The translations under genes and the position numbers were made by a program. Positions 9,977-19,827 of a stretch of DNA of 64,000 nt are shown here, piece by piece. Position 1 is the first letter of the stretch. Each line of letters opens with the position of its first letter. The notes below the pieces were generated by a model. It saw only the letters and a list, made by a program, of their open reading frames with translations, ran no database searches and had not been told where the DNA came from. The DNA is from an uncultured Azospirillaceae bacterium. Lineage in GTDB: Bacteria > Pseudomonadota > Alphaproteobacteria > Rickettsiales > UBA3002. The stretch spans positions 9,171 through 73,170 of the forward strand of contig CAZMBI010000007.1 in NCBI GenBank assembly GCA_964564675.1, read 5' to 3'.

Positions 9977-10854
9977 TGAAAGCACAGCGTTCAGCGTTCA
10001 ACGTTCAGAAAAGGAAGCGACCGAGGCGCATTCTTTCTGCGCTTTATATTCTGAACACCGTATTCTTCCTGGCCGCCTGCGCCCAGCCGGTAACGCAAAT
10101 ACCGGCGATTCATCCGGATGAGGTGGCCCACGAGCGCGTGCAACAGCGCCAGCTGGCGCATGCCACGGTACGTCAGCCGTATGAAGAGCTCAGCTACAGT
10201 AAGCGCGAACGCGTGGCAATGCAGGAAAAACTGCAAAAGCTGGTGGACCGGCTGGCTCCGGAGGCGACCACGCTGTGTCGCGAACTCAACGGACCGGGCG
10301 CTAACTGTGATATGCATATTGAGCTTGCCAACAAGATAAAAGGTGTCAACGCCGCCGCTGACGGCGAAAAAGTCCTGATTTCGCCGGCCATGGTGGATTT
10401 TGCCAAAAGCGATACCCACCTGGCGATGGTGCTGGCGCACGAATATACCCATCATATGATGGGGCATGTCGGCGCCACGCGCACCAATATGCTGGGCGGC
10501 GCGCTGATGGGTACGGTGGTAGACGTACTGGCGGCGCATGGCGGCACCAGCACCGGCGGGCAATTCGGCAAACTCGGTGCCAGCGCGGCGCTGTTAACTT
10601 ATTCACCCGATTTTGAATATGAGGCGGATTATATCGGGCTGTATATGCTGGCGCGGGCCGGGTTTTCGATCGAAGAGGCTTCGGAGTTCTGGCGGCAGAT
10701 GGCGCGCTATAACCCGCAAGGGATTTATAACCGCACCACGCATCCCACCACGCCCGAGCGCTTCGTGATGCTGGAAAAAACCGTGGAGGAAATTAAACAA
10801 AAACAGGCAGCCGGGCAGAAGCTATTGCCCAATTTATTGCCGCAAGACGGATGA
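9976..10854 (+). CDS. M48-family zinc metallopeptidase lipoprotein
   Basis: Has a lipobox (FFLAAC), the HExxH motif ([10 protein letters not shown]), and a downstream [17 protein letters not shown] segment typical of M48 lipoproteins of the LoiP/YcaL/BepA type. Its GTG start overlaps the sdhA stop by 1 nt. Confidence 0.8.
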   Translation: MKAQRSAFNVQKRKRPRRILSALYILNTVFFLAACAQPVTQIPAIHPDEVAHERVQQRQLAHATVRQPYEELSYSKRERVAMQEKLQKLVDRLAPEATTLCRELNGPGANCDMHIELANKIKGVNAAADGEKVLISPAMVDFAKSDTHLAMVLAHEYTHHMMGHVGATRTNMLGGALMGTVVDVLAAHGGTSTGGQFGKLGASAALLTYSPDFEYEADYIGLYMLARAGFSIEEASEFWRQMARYNPQGIYNRTTHPTTPERFVMLEKTVEEIKQKQAAGQKLLPNLLPQDG

Positions 10855-10891
10855 AAACGCCAGATTATTGCATCATCGAAGAGAGGGACAC

Positions 10892-11692
10892 ATGGTCGAA
10901 TTTACCTTGCCGAAACATTCAAAAATTCAACCGGGGCAACACTTCCCCGCGCCTGAAGGGGCGACAAGCACCAAGCGGTTTCATGTTTATCGCTGGAACC
11001 CGGAAGCGCTGGATGCGCAAGGCGAACCTGAAAACCCGCGCCTCGACAGCTATGACGTGGACCTGGGCAACTGCGGGCCGATGGTGCTGGATGCCATCAT
11101 CAAGATTAAGGATCAGATGGACTCCACCCTCACTTTCCGCCGTTCGTGCCGCGAAGGGATTTGCGGCAGTTGCGCCATGAATATCGACGGCACCAACACG
11201 CTGGCCTGCACCAAGGGGATTGACGAGGTGAAAGGCGATATCAAGATTTACCCGCTGCCGCATATGCCGGTGGTTAAAGACCTGGTGCCGGATCTGAGTA
11301 ATTTTTATGCGCAGTACGAATCCATCATGCCGTGGATGCAGACGCAAAGCGTGGCACCGCAGGGCAAGGAGCGGCTGCAGTCACCGGAGGACCGCGAACA
11401 ACTCGACGGGCTGTATGAATGTATTTTATGCGCCTGCTGCTCCACCTCATGCCCGAGTTACTGGTGGAATTCCGACCGTTTTCTGGGACCGGCGATTTTG
11501 CTGCAGGCCTATCGCTGGATTGCCGACAGCCGCGATGAAATGACTGGCGAGCGGCTCGATCAGCTGGAAGATCCTTTCCGGCTGTATCGCTGCCATACCA
11601 TTATGAATTGCGCCAAAAGCTGCCCCAAGGGGCTGAACCCGGCCAAGGCGATTGCCGAGATCAAAAAGCTGATGGTTGAGCGGCGCTACTAA
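10892..11692 (+). CDS. sdhB: succinate dehydrogenase iron-sulfur subunit
   Basis: [13 protein letters not shown] (2Fe-2S), [12 protein letters not shown] and [12 protein letters not shown] (4Fe-4S/3Fe-4S). I prefer the MVEFTLP start at 10892 over 10868 because of the upstream AGAGAGGGA. Confidence 0.95.
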   Translation: MVEFTLPKHSKIQPGQHFPAPEGATSTKRFHVYRWNPEALDAQGEPENPRLDSYDVDLGNCGPMVLDAIIKIKDQMDSTLTFRRSCREGICGSCAMNIDGTNTLACTKGIDEVKGDIKIYPLPHMPVVKDLVPDLSNFYAQYESIMPWMQTQSVAPQGKERLQSPEDREQLDGLYECILCACCSTSCPSYWWNSDRFLGPAILLQAYRWIADSRDEMTGERLDQLEDPFRLYRCHTIMNCAKSCPKGLNPAKAIAEIKKLMVERRY

Positions 11693-12107
11693 GGGCGCGC
11701 AAAAGCACTACAGCCGCGGCAATCAGCCCGATAGCCAGCATAGTTTGATAGCAGTAATTGTGACGGGCCAGATCGGTATAGCCATCGCCCAGCAGCGAGA
11801 CGGCAAATCTCAGATGGCCCATACCGCCAATGAGGGCGGTGATTGCCAGCCAGTCAGGCACCGGACGGGCCAGAATCGCCGCGCCGAACAAAGCCAGGCC
11901 GCTGCTCCAGTAACAATGATCGTGCGAATAGGGATGGTGGTAACGGTATTGCGCTGCCGGCATCTGCGCATGCTGACCGGCCGCAATGGTTTCCACCCCC
12001 TGGGGCCATAAGCCGAAACAGGACTGGATGCGGCGGAAATCGCCGTTATTACCGTAGCCCATCAAAGGGTCGGCAAAGACCACCGCGCCCATGCGCAGCG
12101 CCCCCAA
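11661..12107 (-). CDS. hypothetical membrane protein (uncertain)
   Basis: 148-aa ORF with a TTG start and TM-like segments ([26 protein letters not shown]). It begins only about 17 nt after a strong terminator and overlaps the sdhB 3' end by 32 nt, so it may not be a real gene. Confidence 0.35.
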   Translation of the reverse strand: MGALRMGAVVFADPLMGYGNNGDFRRIQSCFGLWPQGVETIAAGQHAQMPAAQYRYHHPYSHDHCYWSSGLALFGAAILARPVPDWLAITALIGGMGHLRFAVSLLGDGYTDLARHNYCYQTMLAIGLIAAAVVLLRALSSAAQPSAF

Positions 12108-12123
12108 CAGCAGGATAAGCCAT

Positions 12124-12163
12124 AAAAAAAACGGCCATGCGGGAGACCCGATGACCGTTTTTC
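12124..12163 (-). terminator. intrinsic terminator downstream of carD (sequence is bidirectional)
   Basis: On the minus strand, ACGGTCATCGGG-TCT-CCCGCATGGCCGT forms a 12-bp stem with one bulge and one G-U pair, followed by T8. On the plus strand the same hairpin is followed by TTTTTCTT. Confidence 0.75.
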
Positions 12164-12187
12164 TTACTAAGGGAGGTTACCAAACCG

Positions 12188-12703
12188 TTATGCCGCAGCG
12201 GCGGCTTCTTCTTGCTTTTTCAGGGCCCGCAGCAATTTCTCGTGCGCTTTGTCGCTGTCGATCTTCTCCGAGGCCGCTACTTCGCCAATCAGGCGGTTCA
12301 TCGCGGTTTCGTAAATCATGCGCTCAGAATAGGAACGTTCGGACTGATCGACATTTTTATGCAGATCGCGCACTACTTCAGCCACAGAAACGATGCAGCC
12401 GGAGTTGATCTTGGCTTCATATTCCTGCGCCCGGCGGCTCCACATGCCGCGGGAGATACGGGCGCGGCCCTTGAGGGTGCTTAATGCCTTTTTGACATCG
12501 CCCTCACCGGATACGGAACGCAGCCCGGCCGCTTCCGCGCGGTGAACCGGTACGCGCAAGGTCATTTTATCTTTCTGGAAATTAATGACAAATACTTCCA
12601 GCTGGTATTCACCAATGGTTTCCACTTCCTTGCCGGTAATTTTACCAACCCCGTGGGTCGGATACACAACATACTCACCTACTTTGAACAGAGCATTAGC
12701 CAT
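12188..12703 (-). CDS. carD: CarD-family (CdnL) transcriptional regulator
   Basis: N-terminus FKVGEYVVYPTHGVGKITGKEVETIG is the RNAP-interacting (TRCF-RID-like) domain typical of CarD/CdnL. The protein is 171 aa. Confidence 0.9.
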   Translation of the reverse strand: MANALFKVGEYVVYPTHGVGKITGKEVETIGEYQLEVFVINFQKDKMTLRVPVHRAEAAGLRSVSGEGDVKKALSTLKGRARISRGMWSRRAQEYEAKINSGCIVSVAEVVRDLHKNVDQSERSYSERMIYETAMNRLIGEVAASEKIDSDKAHEKLLRALKKQEEAAAAA

Positions 12704-13044
12704 AGCTTACCCTTTTTACGTTACATGCCTGCAGCGGCTTGCCGTTACAGAGGCAACATTAAACACACTGCGCCCCAGTACAGAAGCGCGTTAAACTCAC
12801 ATCACATGGTAGGATGATTCACTTCGCTTAAAACGAAAGGTTTTATAACATAAAATTCAGATAAAAAAAACAGGAAAATGTAGGAAGCAAAGCAGTATAT
12901 GGATAAATATTTAAATTTCCGTTAATGGGTCGATTGTTTTAAGTCAGCCGGTTGGCTTGATTTTCTTATGCATAACCGTGTACGCCACCTTCATGACTTG
13001 GTGAGCGCGCTGCATCAGTCGCCCCCTCCTACCCGGTTCCGCCA

Positions 13045-13380
13045 CTAATCGCCCTGGCCGGGATTAGGGCTGAAAAAACGCTCAAACTTACCCTGCTCGC
13101 CCTTGTATTGATCAGCGTCCGCCGGCGGGTCTTTCTTCTGGGTGATGTTCGGCCACTGCATGGCATATTCCCGGTTGACCTCCACCCACTTCAAATCCTC
13201 TTCCGATTCCGGCTTAATGGCTTCCACCGGGCATTCGGGCTCGCACACCCCGCAATCGATGCATTCATCGGGATGGATCGCGAGCATATTCTCCCCTTCG
13301 TAAAAGCAATCTACCGGGCAGACTTCCACACAGTCCGTGTATTTGCATTTTACGCAGGCATCCGTCACAATAAAAGTCAT
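13045..13380 (-). CDS. fdxA: 7Fe ferredoxin (FdxA type)
   Basis: [26 protein letters not shown] plus [12 protein letters not shown] cluster motifs. I prefer the ATG at 13380 to the TTG at 13386. Confidence 0.9.
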   Translation of the reverse strand: MTFIVTDACVKCKYTDCVEVCPVDCFYEGENMLAIHPDECIDCGVCEPECPVEAIKPESEEDLKWVEVNREYAMQWPNITQKKDPPADADQYKGEQGKFERFFSPNPGQGD

Positions 13381-13395
13381 ATCCAAATAACTAAT

Positions 13396-14130
13396 CTATC
13401 GGCGCATCGTTTGCAAGAGTAGCCGACGCCATTTTTGCCGGTTGAGCGCGGCTTGCACGCGCAGAATCAGGCAGATCAGAAACAAGCCAACAAAGCCCGC
13501 GCACATGACCATTAAAGGGGTGAGCATTGCCGGGTCGATGGTGGGGCCATCCAGGCGTAGCACGCTGGCCGGCTGATGCAATGTGTTCCACCATTCCACC
13601 GAAAATTTGATAATGGGCAGATTGATCGCGCCGATCAGCGAAAGAATCGCCGCCGCGGTGCGGTTTTTGTCATCGATATAATCCACGGTGGTCAGCGATA
13701 TATAGCCGACATATAGAAAAAACAATATTAGCACCGACGTCAGCCGGGCATCCCACACCCACCATGCCCCCCAGGTGGGTTTGCCCCAGAGCGCGCCGGT
13801 AATCAGTACGATCAGCGTAAACGCCGCGCCGACAGGCGCCGCGCAGCGGGCGATCAGATCCGCCAGCGGGTGTTTATATATCAGCCAGAATATCGAACAC
13901 AGCGCCATCAGGCCATAAATCGCTATACTCAGCCAGGCCGACGGTACATGCACATACATAATGCGTACCGTTTCGCCCTGCTGATAATCCGGCGGTGAGG
14001 CAAACAAACCCAGATACAGACCGTAAGCCAGCAACGCCACGGTCAACGGCACCAGCCAGGGCAGTATGCGCGCGGCCAAGCGGCCAAACGCAGCCGGACG
14101 AGCAAGCATGTGAAATGATGCAGCCATCAC
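13396..14130 (-). CDS. ccmC: heme exporter protein C (cytochrome c maturation)
   Basis: Tryptophan-rich WWD motif WGKPTWGAWWVWDARLTS in a multi-TM protein of 244 aa. Confidence 0.9.
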   Translation of the reverse strand: MMAASFHMLARPAAFGRLAARILPWLVPLTVALLAYGLYLGLFASPPDYQQGETVRIMYVHVPSAWLSIAIYGLMALCSIFWLIYKHPLADLIARCAAPVGAAFTLIVLITGALWGKPTWGAWWVWDARLTSVLILFFLYVGYISLTTVDYIDDKNRTAAAILSLIGAINLPIIKFSVEWWNTLHQPASVLRLDGPTIDPAMLTPLMVMCAGFVGLFLICLILRVQAALNRQKWRRLLLQTMRR

Positions 14131-14270
14131 CCGTTACCGACTAGCGCGATCAGCCGGCTTTGCAAAGCAAATTCTCAGGCGATGCGACAGCCACCGGTTT
14201 TTCTGGATTCCCTCAAAATTTGCGTTAGGCTAGCGTGTTATTCAAAAGCAGGAAATAATAAAGCAACGAC

Positions 14271-15029
14271 ATGTCTGATGCACTCACCGAACTGCTGGCC
14301 ATCATGGCCCGGCTGCGCGACCCGGAAATCGGCTGCCCGTGGGACGTTGAACAGGATTTTCATAGCATTGCGCCGTATACCATCGAAGAAGCTTACGAAG
14401 TGGCCGAGGCGATTCATCGCGCCGAACCGGAGGAGCTTAAGCAGGAGCTGGGCGATTTACTCTTCCAGGTCGTGTTTCATGCACAAATGGCCCGCGAAAA
14501 GGGCTGGTTTGACTTTGAGGCGGTGACACGCGCCATCGCGGAGAAGATGCTCCGCCGCCATCCGCACGTATTCGGTGAAGCGGAAATTGACTCGGCGGAA
14601 GCCCAAACTGCCAACTGGGAGGCGTTGAAAGCCGCAGAACGCGAGGCCAAAGGCTGCAGCGTGCTCGATGACGTGCCGCATGCCCTGCCCGCGCTGATGC
14701 GCGCGGAAAAGCTGCAAAAACGCGCCGCGCGCCTGGGATTTGACTGGCCGGAGGCCGACCCGGTTTATAACAAAGTGCTGGAGGAGCTGGAAGAGGTGCG
14801 CCAGGCAGACGCGAATAGCAAAGCGCGCGAGGAAGAAATCGGCGATCTGCTGTTTGCCTGCGCCAATCTCGCACGCCATTACGGGCTGGACCCGGAGGAG
14901 GCACTGCGTCAGGCCAACCGCAAATTCGAGCGACGTTTCCGTGCGATAGAGCCAAGCATTGGCGAGCGCACCACTTTAGAGGAAATGGAAGCCGAATGGA
15001 TGAAAGTGAAAACCGCACAGCGCGGATAG
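14271..15029 (+). CDS. mazG: nucleoside triphosphate pyrophosphohydrolase MazG
   Basis: The segment LRDPEIGCPWDVEQDFHSIAPYTIEEAYEVAEAI and the second EEIGDLLF repeat show the tandem MazG-domain architecture. Confidence 0.9.
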   Translation: MSDALTELLAIMARLRDPEIGCPWDVEQDFHSIAPYTIEEAYEVAEAIHRAEPEELKQELGDLLFQVVFHAQMAREKGWFDFEAVTRAIAEKMLRRHPHVFGEAEIDSAEAQTANWEALKAAEREAKGCSVLDDVPHALPALMRAEKLQKRAARLGFDWPEADPVYNKVLEELEEVRQADANSKAREEEIGDLLFACANLARHYGLDPEEALRQANRKFERRFRAIEPSIGERTTLEEMEAEWMKVKTAQRG

Positions 15030-15139
15030 CGTCCATTCGCGGCGTTATGATCACCGCCTATCTTGCCGCTTGCATCCCCTCTTTCGTTCTGGCATGTTCC
15101 TGATTTCGCATCGCAAGAATAATAATCACAGGAGAATTT

Positions 15140-17227
15140 ATGGACCAGGCCGACGTGCAGTATTTCATTCTGGGCTGCGGAATGCTCGCTCTGCTTTACG
15201 GGATTGTCACGATCCGCATGATTCTCAAGTCCGGACGCGGGTCCGAAAAAATGATTGATATTGCCGCAGCGATTCAGGAAGGGGCGACGGCTTATCTCAG
15301 CCGCCAGTACCAGACAATCACGGCGGTGGGGCTGGTGATTTTCCTGCTGCTGGGCTTCCAGCTAAACTGGTTCGTCGGCACCGGCTTTGGCATCGGGGCA
15401 ATTTTGTCCGGCCTGGCCGGTTATATCGGTATGAGCATTTCGGTGCGTGCCAATGTGCGTACGACGGAAGCCGCCAAGCACGGCGTGCAAAAGGCGCTTA
15501 ACATCGCATTTCGCTCCGGCGCGGTCACCGGTATGTTCGTCGTCGGCCTCGGCCTGCTGGGTACGGCCGGATATTACTTTGCCCTGCAACATTTGGGCAT
15601 TGCGCAGCGCGCCATCCTTGAATCGCTGGTAGCGCTGTCTTTCGGCGCCTCGCTGATTTCGATCTTTGCGCGGCTGGGCGGCGGGATTTTCACTAAAGGG
15701 GCCGATGTCGGCGCCGATCTGGTTGGTAAGGTGGAAGCCGGCATTCCCGAAGATGACCCGCGCAATCCAGCGGTGATTGCCGATAATGTCGGCGACAATG
15801 TCGGCGATTGCGCCGGCATGGCGGCGGATTTATTCGAAACCTACGTGGTGACGCTGGTGGCCACCATGCTGCTGGCGGCGATTTATTTCAGTGGGACAGC
15901 GCAGGAACTGTTCATGCTCTATCCGCTGGCGATCGGCGCGGTATGTATTGTCGGCAGCGTACTGAGCACCTTTGCCGTTAAGCTGGGACCGAAGCAGAAT
16001 ATTATGGGCGCGCTGTATAAAGGCTTCATCGCCTCGGCGATATTATCCGCCATCGGCATCTGGTTCCTAACCGATAAACTGCTGGGGCTTGAGACCGAAT
16101 TTTCGATCATCTCCACCGCATTTACCGGACAGGATGTATTCTTCTGCACGCTGATCGGCCTTGCCGTGACCGGCGCCATGGTGTGGATTACCGAATATTA
16201 CACCTCGACCAGCTATCGCCCGGTGAGAAGCGTGGCGCAGGCCTCCGTCACCGGCCACGGCACCAACGTGATTCAGGGACTGGCGGTTTCTATGGAAGCC
16301 ACGGTGATGCCAATTTTGGTGATTTGTGCCGGGATTATCGGGGCATATCTGCTGTGCGGCGTGATCGGTATCGGAATTGCCGCGACCACCATGCTGGCGC
16401 TGGCGGGTATGGTCGTTGCGCTGGATGCTTACGGTCCGGTGACCGACAATGCCGGGGGTATCGCCGAAATGGCCGAGCTGCCCGATGACGTCCGCGAGAC
16501 GACCGATGCGCTCGATGCGGTGGGTAATACTACCAAGGCCGTCACCAAAGGCTATGCCATCGGCTCGGCGGCACTGGCTGCGCTGGTTCTGTTTACGGCC
16601 TATACCGAGGATTTACGCTATTATTTCCCGGATGTGTATGTCGATTTCTCATTAAGTGATCCTTATGTACTGATCGGCCTGTTTATCGGCGGCCTGCTGC
16701 CTTATGCCTTCGGCGGCATGGCGATGATGGCTGTCGGTCGCGCCGCCGGCGCCGTGGTTGTTGAAGTGCGTCGGCAGTTTAAGGAAATCGCCGGGATTAT
16801 GGAGGGCAAGGCCAAACCGGAATACGGCAAGTGCGTCGATATGCTGACCAAAGCGGCAATCAGGGAAATGATTGTGCCCTCCTTATTGCCGGTTGCCGCG
16901 CCGGTTGCCTTGTATTTCGTAGTTGATGCCATCGGCGGTCAGGAAGCCGCTTTTGCCGCGCTGGGCGCACTGCTTCTGGGGATTATCGTCACCGGCTTGT
17001 TTGTGGCGATTTCCATGACCTCCGGCGGTGGGGCGTGGGATAATGCCAAGAAATACATTGAGGAAGGCCATCATGGCGGCAAAGGGTCGGAAGCCCACAA
17101 AGCCGCTGTCACCGGCGATACGGTCGGCGATCCGTATAAGGATACAGCCGGCCCGGCGGTCAACCCGCTAATCAAGATTGCCAATATCGTGGCCATCCTG
17201 CTGCTGGCCTTGCTGGCGGGACATTGA
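15140..17227 (+). CDS. hppA: membrane-bound proton-translocating pyrophosphatase
   Basis: 695-aa polytopic protein with [39 protein letters not shown] and [14 protein letters not shown] motifs. Confidence 0.95.
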   Translation: MDQADVQYFILGCGMLALLYGIVTIRMILKSGRGSEKMIDIAAAIQEGATAYLSRQYQTITAVGLVIFLLLGFQLNWFVGTGFGIGAILSGLAGYIGMSISVRANVRTTEAAKHGVQKALNIAFRSGAVTGMFVVGLGLLGTAGYYFALQHLGIAQRAILESLVALSFGASLISIFARLGGGIFTKGADVGADLVGKVEAGIPEDDPRNPAVIADNVGDNVGDCAGMAADLFETYVVTLVATMLLAAIYFSGTAQELFMLYPLAIGAVCIVGSVLSTFAVKLGPKQNIMGALYKGFIASAILSAIGIWFLTDKLLGLETEFSIISTAFTGQDVFFCTLIGLAVTGAMVWITEYYTSTSYRPVRSVAQASVTGHGTNVIQGLAVSMEATVMPILVICAGIIGAYLLCGVIGIGIAATTMLALAGMVVALDAYGPVTDNAGGIAEMAELPDDVRETTDALDAVGNTTKAVTKGYAIGSAALAALVLFTAYTEDLRYYFPDVYVDFSLSDPYVLIGLFIGGLLPYAFGGMAMMAVGRAAGAVVVEVRRQFKEIAGIMEGKAKPEYGKCVDMLTKAAIREMIVPSLLPVAAPVALYFVVDAIGGQEAAFAALGALLLGIIVTGLFVAISMTSGGGAWDNAKKYIEEGHHGGKGSEAHKAAVTGDTVGDPYKDTAGPAVNPLIKIANIVAILLLALLAGH

Positions 17228-17247
17228 TGCGAAGACGTGGCGAGTAG

Positions 17248-18006
17248 ATGCGCTTTTCCCTTAAACGACAGGCACAGGCTGAATGTGATGCATTTGTCTT
17301 TTCTGATGCGCAGTTACAAGACATAGCAGCCCGCTATCAGCCGGGCTATGGGGTTGCCGCGCCTTTCCCGCATTGCGTCATCGATGATTTTTTACCCGTC
17401 TGGGCGGCGGATGAACTGATCGCCCGCTTTCCCGGACCGGAGGCGCCCTTCTGGTTCGACTGGAGCACGGGTGATACCACCAACCAGCCGAAAAAACAGG
17501 GACTCGGCCATATCAGCCGGCTGGAGGGAGCGGATCCGTTTATCTTCAGCGTCCTGTTCGCCTTTAATTCCTACCCGTTTATTCATTTTCTCGAACGCTT
17601 AACCGGCATTGACGGACTGATTCCAGACCCGCATTATCACGGCGGCGGGCTGCATCAGATTTTACCGGGCGGGAAACTCAAGGTGCATGCTGATTTCAAT
17701 TACCTGGAGAAGCTGAAGCTTTATCGGCGTATCAACGTGCTGCTTTATCTGAATAAGCACTGGAAAGCTGAATATGGCGGCGATATTGAACTATGGAACC
17801 GTGACATGAGCGCCTGCGAACAAAAAATCGCCCCGCTGTTTAACCGCTGCGTGATTTTCAACACCGACAGCCATTCCTATCACGGCCATCCTGAACCGCT
17901 GAACTGTCCGCCGGGGATGACGCGTAAATCCATCGCCTTATATTACTACACGCGGGAAGCGCGGGCCGACGAATCCCCACCGCACTCCACGCTGTGGCAA
18001 GCATAA
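17248..18006 (+). CDS. 2OG-Fe(II) oxygenase superfamily protein (prolyl-hydroxylase-like)
   Basis: HxD...H facial triad candidates (KVHADFN ... HSYHGHPEP) followed by RKSIALYYY, as in the 2OG-Fe(II) oxygenase fold. Confidence 0.7.
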   Translation: MRFSLKRQAQAECDAFVFSDAQLQDIAARYQPGYGVAAPFPHCVIDDFLPVWAADELIARFPGPEAPFWFDWSTGDTTNQPKKQGLGHISRLEGADPFIFSVLFAFNSYPFIHFLERLTGIDGLIPDPHYHGGGLHQILPGGKLKVHADFNYLEKLKLYRRINVLLYLNKHWKAEYGGDIELWNRDMSACEQKIAPLFNRCVIFNTDSHSYHGHPEPLNCPPGMTRKSIALYYYTREARADESPPHSTLWQA

Positions 18007-18099
18007 TGAAAGGGATGACACAATGGATAGGGATGGAATATGGTCATTAGCTGGCCGCTTGCTTAAACCCGCTGCCCTACACCCGGAACCGTCGCGACG

Positions 18100-18957
18100 A
18101 TGTTTTTAGACCTAAGCGATAAATATCATGAGAAAGTACTCGCGGACCGCGGCCATGTGGCTGCCAGCGGCTCGTTCCGCGAACGCGTACGTTATGATCT
18201 GGTGGACCGCCCGCATTATGCGGCGGGCCTGCTGGCAGCCGCTGATATGGCGCGGTTTTGCGGTGAGCATACCATCACCGCGATTGAATTCGGCGTCGCC
18301 GAAGGCCACGGCCTGCATAATATGAGTCAGCTGGCCGCCCAGGTGACGGAAGAAACCGGTATTCACTTCGAGATTTTAGGATTCGATACGGGCAAGGGCC
18401 TGCCCGAGCTCGAGGATTATCGCGATCACCCGGAAATCTGGCGCGCCGGGGATTTCGGCAGTGGCGATCGCGCGGCATTAAAAATGGCCCTGAACGCCAA
18501 CACGCAGATTATCTGGGGGGATATCCGCGACACGCTGAGCGAGGCCATGACCCGACTCAATGCCCCGGTCGGCTTCCTTGCTAATGATCTGGATTTATAC
18601 AGCTCCACCAAAGCCAGCTTCGAATTACTGAAAGGTGACAGCGGCCACCTGATGCCGGTGGTGATCACGTATTTCGATGACACGCTGGGCAGTCCGACGC
18701 GAATCGGTTCGCTGTTTCGCAATCGCTGGTGCGGACAACTGGCGGCGATCGACGAATTTAACCGCGAGCATGATGAGCGCAAAATCGATCCGCTGCGGAC
18801 ATTGAAGGCGCGCCGCCCGCTCGATAAGGAGCTGTGGCTTGATCAAATGTATGGCGTGCATGTGCTGGACCATCCGCTGCGCCAGCCGGGCGCCACCCGC
18901 GAACCGCTGACCATGGACGCGCACGGTGACTATGACCCGATGGCCTGGCCCTTATAA
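18100..18957 (+). CDS. hypothetical protein, possibly with a class I methyltransferase-like fold
   Basis: 285-aa ORF. The segment ITAIEFGVAEGHGL resembles the glycine-rich SAM loop of TylF-like methyltransferases. This assignment is weak. Confidence 0.55.
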   Translation: MFLDLSDKYHEKVLADRGHVAASGSFRERVRYDLVDRPHYAAGLLAAADMARFCGEHTITAIEFGVAEGHGLHNMSQLAAQVTEETGIHFEILGFDTGKGLPELEDYRDHPEIWRAGDFGSGDRAALKMALNANTQIIWGDIRDTLSEAMTRLNAPVGFLANDLDLYSSTKASFELLKGDSGHLMPVVITYFDDTLGSPTRIGSLFRNRWCGQLAAIDEFNREHDERKIDPLRTLKARRPLDKELWLDQMYGVHVLDHPLRQPGATREPLTMDAHGDYDPMAWPL

Positions 18958-19760
18958 AGATCATTAAGCACCACCGGAACAACAGCGGGAAGATCCTCCG
19001 CGATCAGTCCCGGACCGAAACGGCGGGCCGCTTCGCCGTGTATCCATGCTCCGGCGCAAGCGGCGTGCAGCGGGGCAAGCCCCTGCGCCAGCAACCCACC
19101 GCATAAGCCGGCCAGCACATCGCCGGTGCCGGCGGTGGCCAGATAGGGCGAAGCGTGGCGATGGCTGATGCACGCACCGTCCGGCCCGGCGATAACGGTA
19201 TCCGCCCCTTTATGCAATACCACGGCTCCGCAGAGCGCAGCCGCCCGTTGGGTGATGGCCGGTTTATCACCTTCGGCAGGAAACAGCCGGGCAAACTCGC
19301 CGGCATGGGGCGTCAGAAGCGCGCGCGCGTGCAGTACGGCGAATAGTGCCGGCGGGTCGTCTGCGAAACTGTTCAGGGCATCGGCATCAAGCAGCACCGG
19401 CTTTTGCGAATCCAGCACGGATAAAACATGCCGGCGGGTGGCCTCCCCGACTCCCAGGCCCGGCCCGATGATGCAGGCGCTGATCCTTGCATCATCCAAC
19501 CAGTCATCCAGGGATGCATCGTCCCAGCGGCGCACCAGCACCGACGTCAACGCCGCCGCATAAATCGTAAACGCCGCCGGCGGGGCCAGCAACACCACCA
19601 TACCCGAGCCGATACGCAGGGCGGCTGTGGCCGCCAGCCGCGCCGCGCCGGTCATTTCCGCGCCGCCGATCACAAGCGTATAACCGCGACTGTATTTGTG
19701 GTCGTGCATACCCGGCGCACACCACTGTTGCCGCCACAAGTCAGGATGATTGATCTGCAT
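18930..19760 (-). CDS. nnrD: ADP-dependent NAD(P)H-hydrate dehydratase (YjeF C-terminal domain family)
   Basis: KYSRGYTLVIGGAEMTGAARLAA and ATAGTGDVLAGLCGGLLAQG motifs of the ribokinase-like NnrD family. Confidence 0.85.
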   Translation of the reverse strand: MQINHPDLWRQQWCAPGMHDHKYSRGYTLVIGGAEMTGAARLAATAALRIGSGMVVLLAPPAAFTIYAAALTSVLVRRWDDASLDDWLDDARISACIIGPGLGVGEATRRHVLSVLDSQKPVLLDADALNSFADDPPALFAVLHARALLTPHAGEFARLFPAEGDKPAITQRAAALCGAVVLHKGADTVIAGPDGACISHRHASPYLATAGTGDVLAGLCGGLLAQGLAPLHAACAGAWIHGEAARRFGPGLIAEDLPAVVPVVLNDLYKGQAIGS

Positions 19761-19827
19761 CGCAGGTACCTATTGTTTCCATTATTCTTATTGCATCGCA
19801 GGCAGGCTTGCCAGTATCAATCTCGGC

